Source: an uncultured Prevotellaceae bacterium (GTDB lineage: Bacteria; Bacteroidota; Bacteroidia; Bacteroidales; Muribaculaceae). From it: a stretch of DNA of 64,000 nucleotides. The translations under genes and the position numbers were made by a program. The DNA lies in assembly GCA_900318345.1 (NCBI GenBank), contig ONKD01000022.1:2189-66188 (forward strand). Reading direction: 5' to 3'. Every line of letters begins with the position of its first letter. The stretch's first letter is position 1. Shown here one piece after another: positions 60,286 through 64,000 of the stretch. The notes below the pieces were generated by a model, which did no database searches, was not told where the DNA came from, and worked only from the letters and a program-made list of their open reading frames with translations.

Positions 60286-62115
60286 TTAACGGTGACGGCT
60301 GATACGCCAAATGGTACCCTCGATGAGGGAGCAGTAGATGTCGCCTGTCGCGGGGTCGAGTTCGAAGCCATTGACCTCGCTGGAACCAAGGCGATAAGTG
60401 AATTCGAGCTCGTGGTTGGCAGCATTGACAACGGCTAACATACCACAGCGGGAGCCGCAGTAGATGTGCCCATTGTGCTCAAGAATGATGCAAGGAGCGT
60501 GCTCGTAGCCGAAGCCCAAATCCACCTTCCACAACAACTCATATTGGTTGCCCGTGCTCATGGCGACCAGCTCACCATCCATAGTCTTGGCGTAAGCGAC
60601 TTTGCCGTCGGCACTGCGGCCCAGGCTCTCGCGCACTTTGTTATCGTTCTTCTCGCGCCACAGTTCAATGCCGCTTTTACGGTCGACTGCGGTGGCGAAG
60701 CGGTCAGGGGCAACAATCACAACATGGTCGGGAGTGACGATGGGCACCACGTTACCAGGGCTGTAAAGGTTCACATTTTTGCCGTTGTTCCACTGCCAAT
60801 GCAAGTCACCCGTGCGGCGGTCAAGGGAGCGCAGATAGGTGTCCCATGCACCGAAGACGACATCGTTGCCGTCCACGACGGGCGCAGCCTGGCAGTAATT
60901 ATTGATACTATCAAAGTGCCACAGCAGACGGTGCCGCTTCACATCCCAGGCCTGGAACGTCTTGAAACCGCCTTGATAGAGGATGCCGTCCTTGACCACG
61001 CCATCGGCCACGTAAGGGCCATCGGCATCATATTGCCATTTGGGTTTACCCGTCTTTTTGTCGAGCCAAACGAGGCGCTTGTCGCTGGTGGGCAGCACGA
61101 TGTACTTGTCACTCACAGCAGGGCGAGAAAAGAGCATCGCGCCGGTCTTGTACTGCCAGCGCAGGGCTCCCGTTTTCTTGTCAACCGCTTTGCAATAGCC
61201 CAACGAATTGCCCAAATAAAGGTTCTTGTCGTCAACGCCCACACGGGTAAAAATGGAGGCGTTGTCGGCCACCACGCGCTCAATGACGATGCCATCGGGC
61301 ACCTTATAATGTTCCTCGTCGAGTTGAGGCGTATAATAATCAAGGTTGATGCGATAGGAGAACATCACCTCTAGCTCTCGCCCTATCACCTTATTATATA
61401 CATATATCCACTGGCGGTCCAGGTCAATGGTCATCAACGTGTAGCCGTAGTTGCCGCCGCCCATGTCCAGAGGGCGCACCATCACACCGTTGATGCCGTC
61501 GGTCTCATATAGGCGCCAGGTGTGGTAATGGCCGCATTGATGGGTGATGACAGGGTATTTCTTGAGGATATCGACATAGGCGCGGTAATTGTCCAAGTCA
61601 TCCAGGATGGGATAGTGGTTAACGCTCAGCACCCGCATGCCAGGTCTCACCATCACGTTGAGGGTGCTGTCAAGCCACAAGAGGTCCTCTTGCTTGATGT
61701 GGCCATCGCCCATCTTCATGAACGGACCACAATTCATGCCAATGACCACCAGGTCATCGACAGTGAACACAAAGCGATCGCTACCCCACAGGTCGTTGAA
61801 GGTCTTGCACGCGCTCTGGCTCCAATTGTTCTCGTGGTTACCGGGGATGATATAAAACGGATGGGTAATGCCATCCAGGATGCCCTTGATGTTGACCAAC
61901 TGCTCGTCGCTGCCCTCGTTGGTAAGGTCGCCTGTCAACATGACCGCATCCACATCGGCAGCGTTGATTTCGGCCACAGCCTCACGCAGTTTGCCCTCGT
62001 TAGCATTGCCGGGTGTCACATGCACATCACTCAGGATGGCCAACTTGACCACCCCACCCTGCACGTTCAAAACCAGTAGGAACAATAACGCAAAAAGAAC
62101 TATATACTTTTTCAT
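60286..62115 (-). CDS. secreted fusion protein: calcineurin-like metallophosphoesterase domain + PQQ-like beta-propeller repeats
   Basis: Signal peptide. Motifs LSDVHV, GDLTNEG and GNHENN, then repeated xWxY/F blades (GALRWQYKTG, GKPKWQYDADG, LLWHFDS, GDLHWQWNNG, GIELWREKND). Confidence 0.82.
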   Translation of the reverse strand: MKKYIVLFALLFLLVLNVQGGVVKLAILSDVHVTPGNANEGKLREAVAEINAADVDAVMLTGDLTNEGSDEQLVNIKGILDGITHPFYIIPGNHENNWSQSACKTFNDLWGSDRFVFTVDDLVVIGMNCGPFMKMGDGHIKQEDLLWLDSTLNVMVRPGMRVLSVNHYPILDDLDNYRAYVDILKKYPVITHQCGHYHTWRLYETDGINGVMVRPLDMGGGNYGYTLMTIDLDRQWIYVYNKVIGRELEVMFSYRINLDYYTPQLDEEHYKVPDGIVIERVVADNASIFTRVGVDDKNLYLGNSLGYCKAVDKKTGALRWQYKTGAMLFSRPAVSDKYIVLPTSDKRLVWLDKKTGKPKWQYDADGPYVADGVVKDGILYQGGFKTFQAWDVKRHRLLWHFDSINNYCQAAPVVDGNDVVFGAWDTYLRSLDRRTGDLHWQWNNGKNVNLYSPGNVVPIVTPDHVVIVAPDRFATAVDRKSGIELWREKNDNKVRESLGRSADGKVAYAKTMDGELVAMSTGNQYELLWKVDLGFGYEHAPCIILEHNGHIYCGSRCGMLAVVNAANHELEFTYRLGSSEVNGFELDPATGDIYCSLIEGTIWRISRHR

Positions 62116-62142
62116 ATCTCACTTGAATTGACTATTGTGCTA

Positions 62143-62150
62143 CAAAATTA
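62143..62150 (-). promoter_or_regulatory. -7 box TAATTTTG (phosphoesterase/beta-propeller gene)
   Basis: Plus-strand CAAAATTA, 27 nt upstream of ATG 62115. Confidence 0.45.
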
Positions 62151-62196
62151 CGACAAAATTCTAACAACTAAAAACCAGCGACTAACAACTTTTTAG

Positions 62197-62204
62197 TACC
62201 TTTG
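62197..62204 (+). promoter_or_regulatory. -7 box TACCTTTG (LolE-like permease; would give a leaderless or near-leaderless mRNA)
   Basis: Ends 7 nt before ATG 62212. Confidence 0.4.
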
Positions 62205-62211
62205 CCGCAAA

Positions 62212-63465
62212 ATGAGGCACGAACTGTACATAGCCCGACGCATGAAACTCGACAGCGGCCAGCAAAAAGGCTCTCCCAGCCTGACGGTCGCTCTCGTGGG
62301 CATCGTGCTTGCCGTGGTGGTGATGATCCTGTCGATTGCCATCGTCATGGGATTCAAGGGCGAAATTTCGGGCAAGATCATGCACCTTGACGCCCACCTC
62401 AGGGTAACAAACGCCGCCCTGGGCATCGATGAGAACTATGCCACGGTCAACGGCCGTGAAGTGCGCGAAGCCATCGCCGAGGATGGAGCCTTCTCGCCAC
62501 GTGTCGAGAGCGTGAGCCTCATAGCCGACAAGAGTGCCATCCTCAAGACCGATGAGAACTTCATGGGCATCAATTTCAGGGGCGTTGACAGCGGCTATGA
62601 TTTCCGTTACCTGAAGTCCAAACTCATTGAGGGCGACATCCCCGAAGTGGCCGACACAGCCTCGTCTAATCAGATTATCATCTCCAAGACCGTAGCCGAC
62701 CGCCTGCTGCTTCATGCCGGCGACAAGGTACACACCTATTTTATTGACAATAATATTAAGGTGAGGAACCTAACGGTGAGCGGTGTGTTTGAAACCGATT
62801 TGGAGGCCTTTGACAACGCCTACATCGTGGGCGGCATCGGCATCATCCAAGGCGTGAACGGCTGGAACGGCGACACCGGCACACAGGTCGCGATCAACAT
62901 GAAGAATACCAGCGACCTGGATTATGACGGATATTGCCTGTATTCCATACTGGCCGAGAGCTCGGTCAAGCGCGAGAGCAAAAACCTGTTTATTGTCACC
63001 ACGACCGAGCAGAACAACCTGCCCTTCTTTGCCTGGCTGCAGATGCTCGACATGAACGTTGTCATCATCCTCACGCTGATGATGGTGGTGGCGGCCTTCA
63101 CACTCATCTCGGCGATGCTGATGATTGTGCTGGAGCGTATCCGCGTCATAGGCAACTTCAAGGCACTGGGTGCTACCAACGACAGCATCCGCCGCATCTT
63201 CATCTACCTGACGGGCAAGCTCATCATCAAGGCGTTCATCATCGGCAACATCATCGGCATCGGCCTGTGCCTGCTGCAAAAGTACTGTCACATCGTGCGC
63301 CTCGACCCGAGTGCTTATTATATGCCCTACGTGCCCATCTCGCTGAGCATTCCTGCGCTGCTGGCGCTCAACCTGGGCATTATCGCCGTGTCTTACCTCA
63401 CCCTGCTTGGAGCGAGTCACATCATCTCGACCATCAAGCCCACAGCCACGATGCGCTTTGAGTGA
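62212..63465 (+). CDS. FtsX-like ABC transporter permease, LolC/LolE family
   Basis: 417 aa. N-terminus ELYIARRM, a large periplasmic loop, and the C-terminal FtsX 3-TM bundle (KALGATNDSIRRIFI). Confidence 0.85.
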   Translation: MRHELYIARRMKLDSGQQKGSPSLTVALVGIVLAVVVMILSIAIVMGFKGEISGKIMHLDAHLRVTNAALGIDENYATVNGREVREAIAEDGAFSPRVESVSLIADKSAILKTDENFMGINFRGVDSGYDFRYLKSKLIEGDIPEVADTASSNQIIISKTVADRLLLHAGDKVHTYFIDNNIKVRNLTVSGVFETDLEAFDNAYIVGGIGIIQGVNGWNGDTGTQVAINMKNTSDLDYDGYCLYSILAESSVKRESKNLFIVTTTEQNNLPFFAWLQMLDMNVVIILTLMMVVAAFTLISAMLMIVLERIRVIGNFKALGATNDSIRRIFIYLTGKLIIKAFIIGNIIGIGLCLLQKYCHIVRLDPSAYYMPYVPISLSIPALLALNLGIIAVSYLTLLGASHIISTIKPTATMRFE

Positions 63466-63546
63466 TTTCACATCAACCCATCCACCCATAAATCAACAAA
63501 GACTAAAAACTAACAACTAAAAACTTATAATAAGAAGAAGTGCAAT

Positions 63547-64000
63547 ATGAACATGAAAGAGGAAGCGGCCCGTTGCCTGCTGTGTGAAAATGCCCCCTGT
63601 AGTCACGCTTGCGGCAAGGGCGATGTCGCTAGAGCCATCCGCGCCGTGCGATTTGGCAACGAAGCCATTGCCCGTCAGTGGCTTGACGGCTGCGATGAGA
63701 ACGACCTGGAAAAAGCCGAGCAGGCTTGCATCCACTATGACCGCCCCATCCGCATCAGGGAAATCGTGAGCCAGTTACCCGCGCCTGTACAAGTTGACCT
63801 GCCTAGCCTGGCTATCGACTTCTGTGGCATGCCCTGCGAGAACCCGTTCTTCCTGGCATCGTCGTCAATCTGCACCAACTACGAGATGGTGGCCCGCGCC
63901 TTTGAGGCTGGCTGGGCTGGTGTCTACTACAAGACCATCTGCCTGGATGACATCAACGAGGTGTCGCCAAGGTTTGACGTGTTGCATCGCGAGGGCAACA
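63547..64000 (+). CDS. dihydropyrimidine dehydrogenase PreA-like / dihydroorotate-dehydrogenase-family protein with N-terminal Cys-rich segment; 3'-truncated by the window edge
   Basis: ATG 63547. MNMKEEAARCLLCENAPCSHACGKG..., then LAIDFCGMPCENPFFLASSSICTNYEMVARAFEAGWAGVYYKTI...EVSPRF, closely resembling the PreA N-terminus. No stop codon before position 64000, so it is absent from the ORF track. Confidence 0.75.
   Translation, partial: MNMKEEAARCLLCENAPCSHACGKGDVARAIRAVRFGNEAIARQWLDGCDENDLEKAEQACIHYDRPIRIREIVSQLPAPVQVDLPSLAIDFCGMPCENPFFLASSSICTNYEMVARAFEAGWAGVYYKTICLDDINEVSPRFDVLHREGN

Noticed and set aside
62161-63524. Exact 15-mer CTAACAACTAAAAAC on both sides of the LolE-like gene (62161-62175 and 63510-63524)
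   Set aside because: It is low-complexity and A-rich. One or two exact 15-mer coincidences are expected by chance in 64 kb, there are no associated inverted repeats or mobility genes, and the gene between them is housekeeping.
1-64000. tRNA, rRNA, tmRNA, RNase P, SRP RNA, prophage, integrase, conjugation, toxin-antitoxin or known defence-system genes
   Set aside because: I scanned all intergenic regions longer than 60 bp and all ORF translations. No cloverleaf-like sequences (no GTTCGAATC-type T-arms), no rRNA-like stretches and no hallmark proteins were recognised. This cannot be fully excluded without tRNAscan-SE, Infernal or DefenseFinder.

Overview
This 64-kb window looks like a chromosomal segment from a Bacteroidales (Prevotellaceae-like) genome. 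Supporting signs: TAnnTTTG -7 promoter boxes sit 7-90 nt upstream of most first genes, lipoprotein signal peptides are frequent, and the gene content includes GH92/GH29/GH13 glycosidases, C10 proteases and a BspA-type LRR protein. About 50 protein-coding genes cover roughly 90% of the window. Housekeeping genes: rsmG, class II RNR nrdJ, class 3 FBPase, a DbpA-type DEAD-box helicase, dxs-trkA-trkH, hisS, hydG-hydF, dnaK, udk-lptB, a LolE-like permease and a PreA-like gene truncated at the right edge. An accessory surface/glycan block lies at about 16.8-35.1 kb. It holds a BspA-LRR protein, DUF2284, an S9 peptidase, two GH92 mannosidases flanking a 921-aa BACON-like/dockerin/FGE-lectin protein, a signal-peptide flavodoxin and two tandem C10 cysteine proteases. 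I recognised no rRNA, tRNA, CRISPR array, integrase, phage or conjugation genes, and no known defence system. The ORF track accepts TTG/GTG starts, so several N-termini were trimmed to ATGs consistent with promoter boxes and signal peptides. The track also missed two edge-truncated genes and one 58-aa ORF. I found no clear-cut novel system. The best candidates are: (1) a dockerin-like module shared by four otherwise unrelated secreted proteins with no recognisable cohesin partner; (2) an 849-bp ORF-free interval packed with helically phased 9-12 bp tandem repeats (iteron-like); (3) a ~120-bp MITE-like element in two copies whose internal hairpin shows compensatory base changes, plus a REP/REPIN-like palindrome family, with a RAYT-like transposase fragment at the left edge; (4) a tightly coupled lipoprotein / MBL hydrolase / orphan UmuD-like S24 peptidase / LTA-synthase-like operon, next to a hemerythrin plus pseudo-receiver LuxR pair. 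All family assignments come from motif recognition by eye; no database search was run.
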